Positions 19,023 through 27,699 are shown, counted from the first letter of the stretch. The stretch is DNA of 41,225 nt from an uncultured Clostridia bacterium (GCA_964614865.1 CAZTNO010000002.1:1-41225), one strand, 5' to 3'. Translations and numbers: made by a program. The notes: generated from the sequence alone by a model not told the origin.

Positions 19023-20051
19023 ATGGGGACAATCATGGAGCGGTCCAACGTATTCAAACACCACCTCAAGGTGGAGATTCGCCATTTGATTCCGCGTTCT
19101 TCGGTGGCCTTCAACATCTTCATGGAGAAAAACGGCAAGCTCCTCCTCTACAAACCAGGCGGAGAAACCATTTCCGAGGAACACATCGATCGCATGCTGG
19201 CCATGGGGTCGGAGTACCTGTTCATCGAGGAAGAAGAACGGCGCGAGGTTTTGGAGTACTACGAGGCCAACATCGACCACATGCTGCAATCGGACCACAT
19301 CCCGCCGGCGCAGAAGAGCCGGATCCTCCATTCGGTGACCGAGAGCATCGTCGAGAAGAGTTTTCAGAAACCCGAAAATCCAGTCAACTACTCCCGGTGG
19401 GAGAAATCGGTCCGCGACAGCTTCGCGTTCATCCTCGACAACCAGGACGTGTTCGAGTCGATGATCACCATCGCCGAAAAAGACGCCTACACCTACACCC
19501 ACTCGGTGAACGTCAGCCTCCTGCTGATGGGGTTTGCCATCGATTCGGGGGTGCAGGAAAGCCAGCTTGTCCACGACATCGGGCTGGGAGGCTTGCTTCA
19601 CGATCTGGGCAAGGCCGAAGTCCCCGACCTGATCCTGAAAAAGCCCGGGGCGCTGTCGATGAACGAGTGGCTGGTGATGCAAAAACACCCCGAGATCGGC
19701 GTCCGCCTCTCCCAGTTTCACCCCCAGATTTCCGAGCAGACCCGCCTGATCATCGCCCAGCATCACGAATCGGTGCACGGCACCGGCTATCCCAAGAAGT
19801 TGACCGGAGATCGCATCGACTACTGGGGCCGGGTGTGCAAGATCGTCGACGCCTACGACGCCCTCACCTCCAACCGCCCCTACAGCTTTGCCGTGACCCC
19901 GGTCGAGGCTCTGAAAAAGATGATCGCCGCCGATTCGTTCGACAAACGCCTGCTCAAGCACTTCATCCATTTCCTCAACCTGGAGCGGATGAATTCGCTA
20001 CGCGACCGTTTCCTGCTGCTCTCTTCCAATCCGGCGGCCTCGGGCAGCTAG
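19023..20051 (+). CDS. HD-GYP domain c-di-GMP phosphodiesterase-type protein
   Basis: HSVNVS...HDLGK...QKHPEIG...HHESVHGTGYPKKL...YDALTSNRPY is the HD-GYP pattern. Start ambiguous among ATG 18948, 18954, 19023 and 19035. Confidence 0.8.
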   Translation: MGTIMERSNVFKHHLKVEIRHLIPRSSVAFNIFMEKNGKLLLYKPGGETISEEHIDRMLAMGSEYLFIEEEERREVLEYYEANIDHMLQSDHIPPAQKSRILHSVTESIVEKSFQKPENPVNYSRWEKSVRDSFAFILDNQDVFESMITIAEKDAYTYTHSVNVSLLLMGFAIDSGVQESQLVHDIGLGGLLHDLGKAEVPDLILKKPGALSMNEWLVMQKHPEIGVRLSQFHPQISEQTRLIIAQHHESVHGTGYPKKLTGDRIDYWGRVCKIVDAYDALTSNRPYSFAVTPVEALKKMIAADSFDKRLLKHFIHFLNLERMNSLRDRFLLLSSNPAASGS

Positions 20052-20383
20052 CGGGCCGAACGCAAGCGGGTGCCGTACTCCACCGACAGGCGGATTTCCG
20101 AGGCGTGGAATTCGCGGGGGAAATAGGCGCCCGACACCCGGCTGTGATTGAGCGAGGCCCCTTCCAGCTGGGCCGCCGAAAGATCCACCCCGCGCAGGTC
20201 GGCCAGTTTCAAATAGGAATTCCTCAGGTCGGCGGTGCGCAGGTTGGCTTTGCTGAGGTCGAGGTTGCTCAGGTCGCACCCGGCCAGGTCGACCGATTGG
20301 TTCATCAAGGCCACCTCGGCATTGAATTTTTCGATCTCCCCGTCCCGCAGGTAGCCGTGAAAAGCGTTTTTGCGGATTTCCAT
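20048..20383 (-). CDS. pentapeptide-repeat protein
   Basis: VDLAGCDLSNLDLSKANLRTADLRNSYLKLADLRGVDLSAAQLEGASLNHSRV shows A(D/N)LxX periodicity. A GGAGGGG SD lies upstream. Confidence 0.8.
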   Translation of the reverse strand: MEIRKNAFHGYLRDGEIEKFNAEVALMNQSVDLAGCDLSNLDLSKANLRTADLRNSYLKLADLRGVDLSAAQLEGASLNHSRVSGAYFPREFHASEIRLSVEYGTRLRSAR

Positions 20384-20400
20384 TTCGCCCCTCCGCGGCG

Positions 20401-20429
20401 ATTATGGCGGCATGGCGGCGAAATGTCAA
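20401..20429 (-). promoter_or_regulatory. promoter TTGACA-N17-CATAAT for the pentapeptide-repeat gene
   Basis: On the minus strand, ttgaca (20429..20424) and cataat (20406..20401), 17 nt before ATG 20383. Confidence 0.5.
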
Positions 20430-20499
20430 TTCCACCCCCGCAAACCATGCCTTTACTCGGCAATAGACCTGATCTGAGGAGCCAAGGAGAGAAATGAAC

Positions 20500-21120
20500 T
20501 CAGTTTTCTTGCCGACGCAGCGGTTGGCGGATAACGGTTTTCCAATGGGCAGGATTGGCTTTGCGGATGTCGGAGAGATATATTTCGTGGTGTTTCCCCG
20601 ACAGCTTGCCGCCCAGAGAGGCGATGAAGGCATGCACCCTGGCGATGGTCGGCCCTTCCGCGGAGAAAGGGCCCACGTGAAGGATCTGGGCGCTTTCCCC
20701 CTCGGCAAATTTCTCGAAGCGCAACAGGGTGAGCGCGGGCAGCCCCTTCTTGTTTCCGACTTCAGCGATGGTGTCGCGCACCTGCGCCGCCGAAACAAAC
20801 TCGGGCTGCATGATCATCATCGTCCACTTCCAATCGGACTTGTCACCATCGGTAAAGGCCGCCATGTCATCGGCCCACCACAGCCCTTCCAGCGGCAAGA
20901 CACCGTAGTCGATGGCCAGGGCCTTCTTCACCTTGAACTTGATTGCGTAGGAAACGGAGAATAGCGCCTCAACAGCCTCCTGGTAGGCTTTCGCAGTGTT
21001 GGGATCGCCCCGGCCGTCGACCATCAAAAAGTTCATGGCCGGTACCTCGACCAGCGAGGCTTCCCTGGCCTTCGGCAGGTAAAGGTGCCCGAGAACCTTT
21101 TTGAAATCGATCTTTTTCAT
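20500..21120 (-). CDS. GyrI-like small-molecule-binding domain protein
   Basis: MKKIDFKKVLGHLYLPKAREASLVEVPAMNFLMVDGRGDPNTAKAYQEAVEALF...ILHVGPF resembles GyrI-like proteins. A GGGAGA SD lies upstream. Only the last 206 codons of the 519-aa track ORF look real. Confidence 0.65.
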   Translation of the reverse strand: MKKIDFKKVLGHLYLPKAREASLVEVPAMNFLMVDGRGDPNTAKAYQEAVEALFSVSYAIKFKVKKALAIDYGVLPLEGLWWADDMAAFTDGDKSDWKWTMMIMQPEFVSAAQVRDTIAEVGNKKGLPALTLLRFEKFAEGESAQILHVGPFSAEGPTIARVHAFIASLGGKLSGKHHEIYLSDIRKANPAHWKTVIRQPLRRQEN

Positions 21121-21191
21121 GGCTATCTCCCTGTGGGCTAATGAATCCATCCGCTGGCCACGGCGCCCAGGCTGGCAGAGCCCACGATGAT

Positions 21192-22130
21192 TCAGAGCAG
21201 GAGGCCATGAAAAAAGGGGCGAAACCCCACTTTTCTCAAAGCCTCTTGGCTGAGGCCCAAGCCAAGCAGGAAGAGGGTGAGAACCAGGCAACGCTTCGCC
21301 ATTGCCGTAACCAGCCCGCCTGCCGGCCGGAGCACCGGAAAGTAGGTCACGAGGGCCGCTGCCAACAAAAAACCCAGGATAAACCAGGGGCGCTTGGCCT
21401 TGGGCTGGCTGGTTTCCTGCCCCTTCCGCCTGGCAACCCAATAGCCGAGCACCAGCGTAACGGGCACGATCCATAAGGCCCTGGCAAGTTTGGTGGTCGT
21501 GGCCACCAGGAGGGCCTCTGCCCCGTAGGCCGAGGATGCTCCCACCACACTGGAGGTGTCGTGGATGGCCAGGGCGGCCCAGAGACCAAAAGGGCGTTGG
21601 CCCAAGTGGAGGGCTTGGCCCACCAGGGGGAAAATGATCAGGGCCGCCGCATTGAGCAGGAATACCGTGGCCAGAGCCAGGCTTGTGTCTTCCTCGTCTG
21701 CTCGCAGGACGGCGGCGGTGGCGGCGATGGCACTTCCTCCGCAAATGGCCGTCCCCACGCTCACCAGGAGGGCGGTGGACTTTCGCACCTTGAGCCAATT
21801 CCCCAGGGCGTTTCCCATAAGCAGCGTCAGGAGGATTCCCGCCATGGTCAGCCCGAGGCCCTGAAGACCCACCCGGGCCACCACCCCGAGGTTCATGGCG
21901 GCACCCAGCCCCATCACCGACCAGGCGAGCAGTTTGGAGGTCCAGGCCCGGGTCTGCGGGAGGTGGGGATTGCCCAGGCTCAAGGCGACCACGACGCCCA
22001 AAACAAGGGCGGCCCAGGGGGGAACTGCTCGCCAGCGGGGGAGCTCCGGAAAAAGGCAAAGCACGCCCAGGATCGCGATGACCAGGGTAGAAACCAGCTT
22101 TCGGTCAAAACCAAAAAGCTTTCTAGACAT
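21192..22130 (-). CDS. YeiH/UPF0324-family membrane transporter (putative sulfate-exporter family)
   Basis: Polytopic membrane protein. ...GAAMNLGVVARVG...GTAICGGSAIAA... is typical of the YeiH family as I recall it. Start at ATG 22130 overlaps the GGDEF gene stop by 8 nt. Confidence 0.6.
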   Translation of the reverse strand: MSRKLFGFDRKLVSTLVIAILGVLCLFPELPRWRAVPPWAALVLGVVVALSLGNPHLPQTRAWTSKLLAWSVMGLGAAMNLGVVARVGLQGLGLTMAGILLTLLMGNALGNWLKVRKSTALLVSVGTAICGGSAIAATAAVLRADEEDTSLALATVFLLNAAALIIFPLVGQALHLGQRPFGLWAALAIHDTSSVVGASSAYGAEALLVATTTKLARALWIVPVTLVLGYWVARRKGQETSQPKAKRPWFILGFLLAAALVTYFPVLRPAGGLVTAMAKRCLVLTLFLLGLGLSQEALRKVGFRPFFHGLLL

Positions 22131-23772
22131 GGGGCGACGGGGATCCCGCAACTTCTGGAAACCCGGAAGGGGGGGGAAGGGTCACGGTCTGGTTGCGGCC
22201 CTGGGCTTTGGCCTGGTAGAGAGCGGTATCGGCCTGGCGCAGCAGGTCGGCGGGCGATCGCTCCGGGTCCACCGGGGAGGCGGAGGTCGCCACCCCCAGG
22301 CTCAGGGTGACCCAAGGGGAGACGGGGGAATCCTGGTGGGGGATCTCGAGCCCCCCGACGGCCTGGCGGATCTTTTCGGCGACGTGGTGGGCCCCCTCGC
22401 TGTCGGTGGCGGGCAGCATCACCACGAACTCCTCCCCGCCGTATCGCGCGGCGAAATCGGACGGCCGGGCCAGCACCTTGCGAATGGTCCGGGCCACCTT
22501 GTGCAGGCAGTGGTCGCCCTGGGGGTGGCCCCAGCGGTCGTTGTAGCGTTTGAAGTGATCGATATCGATCATGACCAGCGACAGGGGGAGACGGTTGCGC
22601 TTGGCCCGCTTCCACTCGACCTCCAGGTGCTGGTCGAACGAACGCCGGTTGGCGATCCCGGTCAATCCGTCGGTGGTAACCAGCCGGCCGAGCTTTTCAT
22701 TGGCCTTGCGCAGCATCTCCTCGGTACGGACGAGTTTCTGGAAACGGCGGGCGTTTTCGATGGGCAGGTCGCAGATGTCTTTGATGGCCAGGGCCAGGTT
22801 CAGGTAGGCATCGAAGTACTCGGGGAAGGCGATCTCCTCGACAGCGACCAACCCCTTGGTCTCCCCCTGGCGAATGCTCTGTACCAGGAACCCCCGGTGA
22901 TCACCGACCGGGCCCTGATCGGTTTTGGCCCGGACCATTCGCTCCCGGACCCGCTCGAGCTCGCCGCCATCCGCAACCGGAGGACGGGCCCACAACCGGT
23001 CGGGCTTGCCGTCCAGATAGTTCAGGTAGTAGACCCGCTGCGGTGCAAAGAGCATGAGGTAGGTGTCGAGCATGGCCTCGATCGCCTCTTCCTCATCCAC
23101 ACTATGGGCCAGGCTGGATAATAGATCGAGGGCCATGGCATTGGTGGCCGACTGGTGCTGCAACACCTGCCGCTCGGCGGCAAACCCCCGCTCCCGGTTC
23201 TGCAATCGCCAGGAGAGCACTGCCCGGGCCAGCAGCAACCGCATTTCGGCCAGCCCGGTGTACACGGTCCGGGCGGGGCGACCGACGTGGCGGGCGAACG
23301 AGCGCAGATTCTTGCCGCTGGCAGGGTCGATGCCGGTGTCGAGCAACACGATCCGGGCGACGGTCTCCTGGAACATCTGCCGGATCGCGTCGGCGTGATC
23401 CCCCATGAGGGCGAGCCGGCCCTGCCAGGACGCAAGCCAGCCGGGGGTGGTCAGGTAGGCTCTTTCCTCCAGCAAGCGGTCGAGCAATGCCGGGTCAGCG
23501 ATCGGTAAAAAACACGGCTCCACCTTGTGGATATGGAACCGCCCGGGCTCCTGGACCAGGTCTTGCAGGCAACAACCGCCGTAGACCTCGACCCGCTCGA
23601 CCTCGCCCAGGCCAGCCACGACTTCGGCGAGTTCATTTCCGGTCAAGGGCGGCCGGCCGCAACGGGCAGGAAAGGTGGCGACGGTGGCCTCGTCCAGCTT
23701 TTCCTCGGCGAGCGCTTTGCGGGCTTCGCACCCCAGGTGCTCGCAGAAGACGAAAACGATGCTAGCGGTCAA
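22123..23772 (-). CDS. DUF1638-like N-terminal domain + central sensory region + GGDEF diguanylate cyclase
   Basis: C-terminus: GLTGIANRRSF...IDIDHFKRYNDRWGHPQGD...RPSDFAARYGGEEFVVML, with GGEEF active site and RxxD I-site. N-terminus: IVFVFCEHLGCEARKAL...VYGGCCLQD...YLTTPGWLASW...IVLLDTG resembles DUF1638. Start uncertain: TTG 23772 chosen; the ORF is open to 23949. Confidence 0.75.
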   Translation of the reverse strand: MTASIVFVFCEHLGCEARKALAEEKLDEATVATFPARCGRPPLTGNELAEVVAGLGEVERVEVYGGCCLQDLVQEPGRFHIHKVEPCFLPIADPALLDRLLEERAYLTTPGWLASWQGRLALMGDHADAIRQMFQETVARIVLLDTGIDPASGKNLRSFARHVGRPARTVYTGLAEMRLLLARAVLSWRLQNRERGFAAERQVLQHQSATNAMALDLLSSLAHSVDEEEAIEAMLDTYLMLFAPQRVYYLNYLDGKPDRLWARPPVADGGELERVRERMVRAKTDQGPVGDHRGFLVQSIRQGETKGLVAVEEIAFPEYFDAYLNLALAIKDICDLPIENARRFQKLVRTEEMLRKANEKLGRLVTTDGLTGIANRRSFDQHLEVEWKRAKRNRLPLSLVMIDIDHFKRYNDRWGHPQGDHCLHKVARTIRKVLARPSDFAARYGGEEFVVMLPATDSEGAHHVAEKIRQAVGGLEIPHQDSPVSPWVTLSLGVATSASPVDPERSPADLLRQADTALYQAKAQGRNQTVTLPPPSGFPEVAGSPSPHV

Positions 23773-24823
23773 GGGGAACCGTTTTCGAGAGCGGGTAGGC
23801 TCCCCAGCGGCGAGCCCCCTCGGCAATGGCGAGCAGGGTCTCTTCGGGCACCTGCCAGGGGATCTCGCCATGATTGTCGGAGAGGATGAAGCCCCCGCCC
23901 GGCCCCCCCTTGGCGATGGCCTGACGCACCTGGCATTCGGTTTCGGCAAGGCTCCAATGCCTCATCTCGATGCCATTGAGGTTGCCGAGGACGGTGATTT
24001 TCCCGGCGCAGGCGGCCTTGACCTCGGCCAGATCCTCCAGGCAACTCGTACCGACCACCGCCACACCGGTGGCCGCGATGTCGGTCAGGGTGGGCAGGAC
24101 CCGCCCCGAGGCCAGGTGGGCGGCGGTGGCGCCCTTGATCCGGGCGATGGTACGCTTGGCGGCGAGAAATCCGGTGCGCAGGTAGAGATCGCGGGGGACG
24201 ATCGAGGAAGAGGAGACGGGATCGAAGTAACAGATCGCCGTGGCTCCGGCCTCGAGCTGGGCATTGGCAAAGGCCACGCAAAATTCCTCGTTGAGACGCA
24301 GCAGTTTTTCGGCCAGGGCGGGGCGTTCCAGCAAAAGGTCGAGGTAGGGGGCAAAGCCCATTTGCATGACCGGCACCGAGAACGGCGACATGACCACCCC
24401 GATGATCGGGCATTCGTCGCCGACCCGGGCCTTCAAAGCCGAGGTCGCCCGCAGGACCTTGGTCAGGCAGGGGGTGTCCTGCACCCGGGGCACCTTCAGG
24501 GTGGGGATTATATCGGCATTGGCGATAAACGGGGCCCCCGAATTGGGCGGGCCGTCGGGAGCGTAGATCACCTCCCCCCCCCAGGCTTCGACCTCGAGCG
24601 GGGCGTAAAAGAAGCTGTACAGGCAGTCGTGGCCGAACTTTGCCCGCAACCGGAGTTGCCCTTCGACCACGTGGTCGGCTTTTGCAAAGTACTCTTCGAT
24701 GGAGAGGCCCAGCTCGCGGGCGCCGTGCGTGGTGGCCAGCAGAAACAGGGGGACGCGGTCGGGCTCCCGGTGGCCCAGGGTGGTGAGTACACGCTGCATG
24801 GAGGTCATCTGGGTACTGCTCAT
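23762..24823 (-). CDS. uroporphyrinogen-decarboxylase (URO-D) family protein, MtaA/CmuA-like corrinoid methyltransferase homolog
   Basis: MQRVLTTLGHREPDRVPLF...FGHDCLYSFFYAPLEVEAWGGEVIY...GFILSDNHGEIPWQVPEETLLA is the URO-D/MtaA-like pattern. A GGGAGGA SD lies upstream. The ATG overlaps the upstream stop (ATGA). Confidence 0.75.
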   Translation of the reverse strand: MSSTQMTSMQRVLTTLGHREPDRVPLFLLATTHGARELGLSIEEYFAKADHVVEGQLRLRAKFGHDCLYSFFYAPLEVEAWGGEVIYAPDGPPNSGAPFIANADIIPTLKVPRVQDTPCLTKVLRATSALKARVGDECPIIGVVMSPFSVPVMQMGFAPYLDLLLERPALAEKLLRLNEEFCVAFANAQLEAGATAICYFDPVSSSSIVPRDLYLRTGFLAAKRTIARIKGATAAHLASGRVLPTLTDIAATGVAVVGTSCLEDLAEVKAACAGKITVLGNLNGIEMRHWSLAETECQVRQAIAKGGPGGGFILSDNHGEIPWQVPEETLLAIAEGARRWGAYPLSKTVPLDR

Positions 24824-25452
24824 GATCGTCCTCCCAAGACACCCTGGACCAGTTCCACCGCATCGGCCGCCGAACGGCCCATGGCATCGGCGCCGACCTC
24901 GCGGCTCAGTGCGCTGTCGTAGAGGAAAGGGGCGCCGCCGACAATCACCTTGACCCCGGCCTTTGCCGTGCGCAACTGGTCGACCACTTCGCGGACCCGC
25001 AGCGCCGAATTCAGCATCAAGGTGGAGAGGAGGAGAACCCGCAACCGGTCGGCCTGGGCCCGACGCACCACGTCGGAAACCGATATCTGGCCGTAGTCCC
25101 GCAAGTCGTATCCGGCCGCCCGCAGGGTGGTGCAGACGATCCGCTTGCCGAGCAGATGGTAGTCGTTCAGGGCAGCAATGGCCATGGGAGGCTGTTTTTT
25201 GCGCTGCGGGTCGCCGGGAGGTAGCAGGGTGTCGACGATCTCCTCGCAGATGCGTCCACTCATGTAGACCTGGGCCAGCGAGGTTTCTCCCCGTTCCCAC
25301 TCCTCGCCGATGCGGGTCAACGCCGGGACGATCCATTGGTCGACCAACTCCATGGGGGAGAGGTGACGGCCGGCATTGGTCACGAGTCTCCTCGCCTCCA
25401 GCCGGTCGAAGGCCTGCAGGGCCCGCTCGAAATCGCTCGATGCTCTTTCCAT
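24820..25452 (-). CDS. cobalamin (B12)-binding corrinoid protein (MtaC/MtbC-like: helical cap + Rossmann B12 domain)
   Basis: ALNDYHLLG is the DxHxxG motif. LLLSTLM is SxL. IVGGAPF is the GG motif. The N-terminal cap helix reads LVDQWIVPALTRIGEEWERGE. An AGGAG SD lies upstream. Confidence 0.85.
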   Translation of the reverse strand: MERASSDFERALQAFDRLEARRLVTNAGRHLSPMELVDQWIVPALTRIGEEWERGETSLAQVYMSGRICEEIVDTLLPPGDPQRKKQPPMAIAALNDYHLLGKRIVCTTLRAAGYDLRDYGQISVSDVVRRAQADRLRVLLLSTLMLNSALRVREVVDQLRTAKAGVKVIVGGAPFLYDSALSREVGADAMGRSAADAVELVQGVLGGRS

Positions 25453-25497
25453 TTTGGAGCTCCTGAGTGGGGGCCCACAAGCAAGGCCCCCGCATAG

Positions 25498-25526
25498 ACT
25501 CTATCCGACCGTCCACACAAAATCAA
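25498..25526 (-). promoter_or_regulatory. possible promoter TTGATT-N17-TAGAGT for the corrinoid operon
   Basis: On the minus strand, ttgatt (25526..25521) and tagagt (25503..25498), about 45 nt upstream of ATG 25452. Confidence 0.25.
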
Positions 25527-25535
25527 GCAAAACCT

Positions 25536-25682
25536 GGGGACGGTTCTTTGAAGTATTGAAGTGTCCCAAAAGTCTCTTTGCCAAGGGCTCTTCAAGTCAA
25601 AGAAAGAAACCCCACCTCGCAGTTGGAAACTACCATCTGACAGCACTCTCGCAACACTTCAATACTTCAAAGAACCGTCCCC
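25536..25682. repeat. 147-bp AT-richer element bounded by perfect 29-bp inverted repeats
   Basis: ggggacggttctttgaagtattgaagtgt (25536..25564) is the exact reverse complement of 25654..25682, with an 89-nt spacer. Both flanking track ORFs translate the same GRFFEVLKC peptide because of it. Confidence 0.9.
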
Positions 25683-25699
25683 CAAGCCCAAACCGAAAG

Positions 25700-26677
25700 C
25701 TAGAGGTAGCCTTTGTCGCGCATCCAGTCGTCGTTGAAGATGGTGCTGAGGTAGCGCGAGGCGCCATCGGGGAAGATGGTGACGATGCGCGCCGGTCGAT
25801 CCAGCGAGCGGGCCACGGACAGCGTGCCGAAAAGCGCGGCGCCGCTCGAGCCACCGGCCAGGATCCCCTCCACCCGGGCCAGGTGGCGGGCGGTCTGGAA
25901 GGAATCCCGGTCGGCGACCTGGATCATCTCGTCGATATGGGAAAAATCGGCGCAGCCGATCAGAAACTCGTCGCCCAGCCCTTCCACCTGGTAGGGTGCG
26001 GAAGCCACCTTCTGGCCGGTGCGGAAAAAAGGGGTGAACACCGAGCCGATCGGATCGACCGCCACCACGCGGATTCGCGGGTCTTTTTCTTTGAGGAACT
26101 CGGCCACCCCGCCGATGGTCCCCCCGGTGCCCATGCCGGCCACCACCACGTCGATGCGGCCCTCCATCTGCTCCCAGATCTCGGGGCCGGTGCACAGGTA
26201 GTGGGCGCGGTTGTTCTCGCGGTTGTTGTGCTGGTCGGGGAAATAGCAGTTCGGCGTCTCACGGGCCAGCCGCGGGGTGATGTTGTTGTAGCTGTCGGGC
26301 GACTCGGGGGGAAGGTCGGCATCGACCTTGAGCACCTCGACGCCGAGGGCCAGCAACTGGTCCAGCTTCTCCTTGCTGATGCGGTCGCGCACCACCACCT
26401 TGAGCCGGTATCCGCGCTGGATGGCCATCAGCGCCAAGCCCATGGCGGTGTTGCCCGAAGAGTTCTCGATGATCAGATCGCCCGGATGGAGACGCCCCTC
26501 CCGCTCTGCTTGCTGGATCATGTGGCGGGCGATACGGTCCTTGCAGCTCCCCATCGGGTTGAGGAACTCGAGCTTGGCGTAGATCTCCACCGGCAGGCCC
26601 GCGCCGACCCGGTTCAGGCGCACCATCGGAGTGTCGCCGATGGCATCGATGATGTTGTCCACAATGGGGCGCGTCAT
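25700..26677 (-). CDS. PLP-dependent cysteine synthase / cystathionine-beta-synthase family enzyme
   Basis: IGDTPMVRLNR...KLEFLNPMGSCKDRIA (PLP Lys)...SSGNTAMGLA...GMGTGGTIGG is the CysK/CysM-type pattern. Confidence 0.8.
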   Translation of the reverse strand: MTRPIVDNIIDAIGDTPMVRLNRVGAGLPVEIYAKLEFLNPMGSCKDRIARHMIQQAEREGRLHPGDLIIENSSGNTAMGLALMAIQRGYRLKVVVRDRISKEKLDQLLALGVEVLKVDADLPPESPDSYNNITPRLARETPNCYFPDQHNNRENNRAHYLCTGPEIWEQMEGRIDVVVAGMGTGGTIGGVAEFLKEKDPRIRVVAVDPIGSVFTPFFRTGQKVASAPYQVEGLGDEFLIGCADFSHIDEMIQVADRDSFQTARHLARVEGILAGGSSGAALFGTLSVARSLDRPARIVTIFPDGASRYLSTIFNDDWMRDKGYL

Positions 26678-26784
26678 GCTCGTTTCCTGCCTTGCCCGCC
26701 GGCCCTTTTTTTCAGGGCACGGGAATAACCGCCTCCCGTCTGCCCCCGCAGCAAAGGTCCGGAAAAGGTCTTCCCGTCAGGCGG

Positions 26785-27699
26785 TCACTTCTTTCCGGTA
26801 TAGACCTTGTAGGCTTCGGCCACCGTTTTGTTGTACACCGTGATGGCGGTGATGGCGTTGGTCAGGCGAATGGCCTCGGCCAGCGGACGCTGATGGATGT
26901 TCCTTCCGGTGGCGTTGCCCATGGCGCCGGAGATGTGGATCTGGTCGTGCAGCTGCTGCAAAAACGCCTTGGGTTCCATGCTGGTGCCCCCGGCGCAGAC
27001 GACCTTGGTCCGCCCGGCGGCGAGGATGGCCTGTTTGAACACCTCGACCGAGGGCTGCCCCTCGCGCTTGGGATAGTTCACCTTGACGAAGTCCGAGCCC
27101 AGGGTGGCGGCAACGCCGGTAGCTCCCGCGATCAGGTCGGGATCCTTCTCGTCTTTGACCGCGCTGCCCCGGGGATAGATCCACAGCACCGACACCAGAC
27201 CGTGCTGGTGGGCCTGATGGACCGCCTGGAAGGCCTCCCGCAGCATCTCGTTTTCGAACTCGCTGCCCAGGTAGATGGTGTAACCGATGCCCAGGATGTT
27301 CAGACCGGAGCTCTTCTTGAACTCGAACACCTGCTCCACGTCGACCATCTGCAGAGAGATGGGGTCCTGCTGGGCCGTCTTCACCAGATCGGTCTTGGAG
27401 TTGAGCTTGACCAGATAGGGGATCTCGGGGTAATCGCTGCCGTAGAGAGAGATCAACCCAAGCTGGGCGGCGAACACGCCGATCTCGGCCCCTTCGGCGA
27501 TCTTGAACAGATGCTCGGGGTCGGCATCGTCGGCCGCCACCCCGGGACCGTAGAAATCCTTGTTCAGGTGCTCGATTTTCTGGTCCCCTGCGAACAGCAT
27601 CAGCCGGCCCGAGCCCAGGGTGATCTCGTCGAGATTGCTCAGGTACTCGCTGACCCGGTCGGCGGGTACGTCGGCGGGAATGTGGGTGTGCTCATCCAT
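26785..27699 (-). CDS. class I fructose-bisphosphate aldolase family protein (DhnA/FbaB type)
   Basis: PYLVKLNSKTDL, GYTIYLGSEFE, VLWIYPRGSAVK, SDFVKVNYP and ATGRNIHQ resemble E. coli FbaB-type aldolases. A GGAGG SD precedes ATG 27699. Confidence 0.7.
   Translation of the reverse strand: MDEHTHIPADVPADRVSEYLSNLDEITLGSGRLMLFAGDQKIEHLNKDFYGPGVAADDADPEHLFKIAEGAEIGVFAAQLGLISLYGSDYPEIPYLVKLNSKTDLVKTAQQDPISLQMVDVEQVFEFKKSSGLNILGIGYTIYLGSEFENEMLREAFQAVHQAHQHGLVSVLWIYPRGSAVKDEKDPDLIAGATGVAATLGSDFVKVNYPKREGQPSVEVFKQAILAAGRTKVVCAGGTSMEPKAFLQQLHDQIHISGAMGNATGRNIHQRPLAEAIRLTNAITAITVYNKTVAEAYKVYTGKK

Noticed and set aside
18995-19024. TTGTAT-N18-TACAAT promoter-like hexamers before the HD-GYP gene
   Set aside because: The -10 overlaps the candidate ATG at 19023 and would leave a nearly leaderless transcript for ATG 19035. 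It is too ambiguous to annotate, and the gene may instead be co-transcribed with xerD.
21121-22059. N-terminal 313 codons of the 519-aa ORF 20500..22059
   Set aside because: Pro/Gly/Arg-rich and overlapping the YeiH-like gene in another frame. A good SD plus ATG at 21120 starts the recognisable GyrI-like domain.
25453-25699. Cobalamin riboswitch in the leader of the corrinoid-protein operon
   Set aside because: I could recognise no B12-box-like conserved core on the minus strand. The region is dominated by the 29-bp inverted repeat instead. A covariance-model scan would be decisive.
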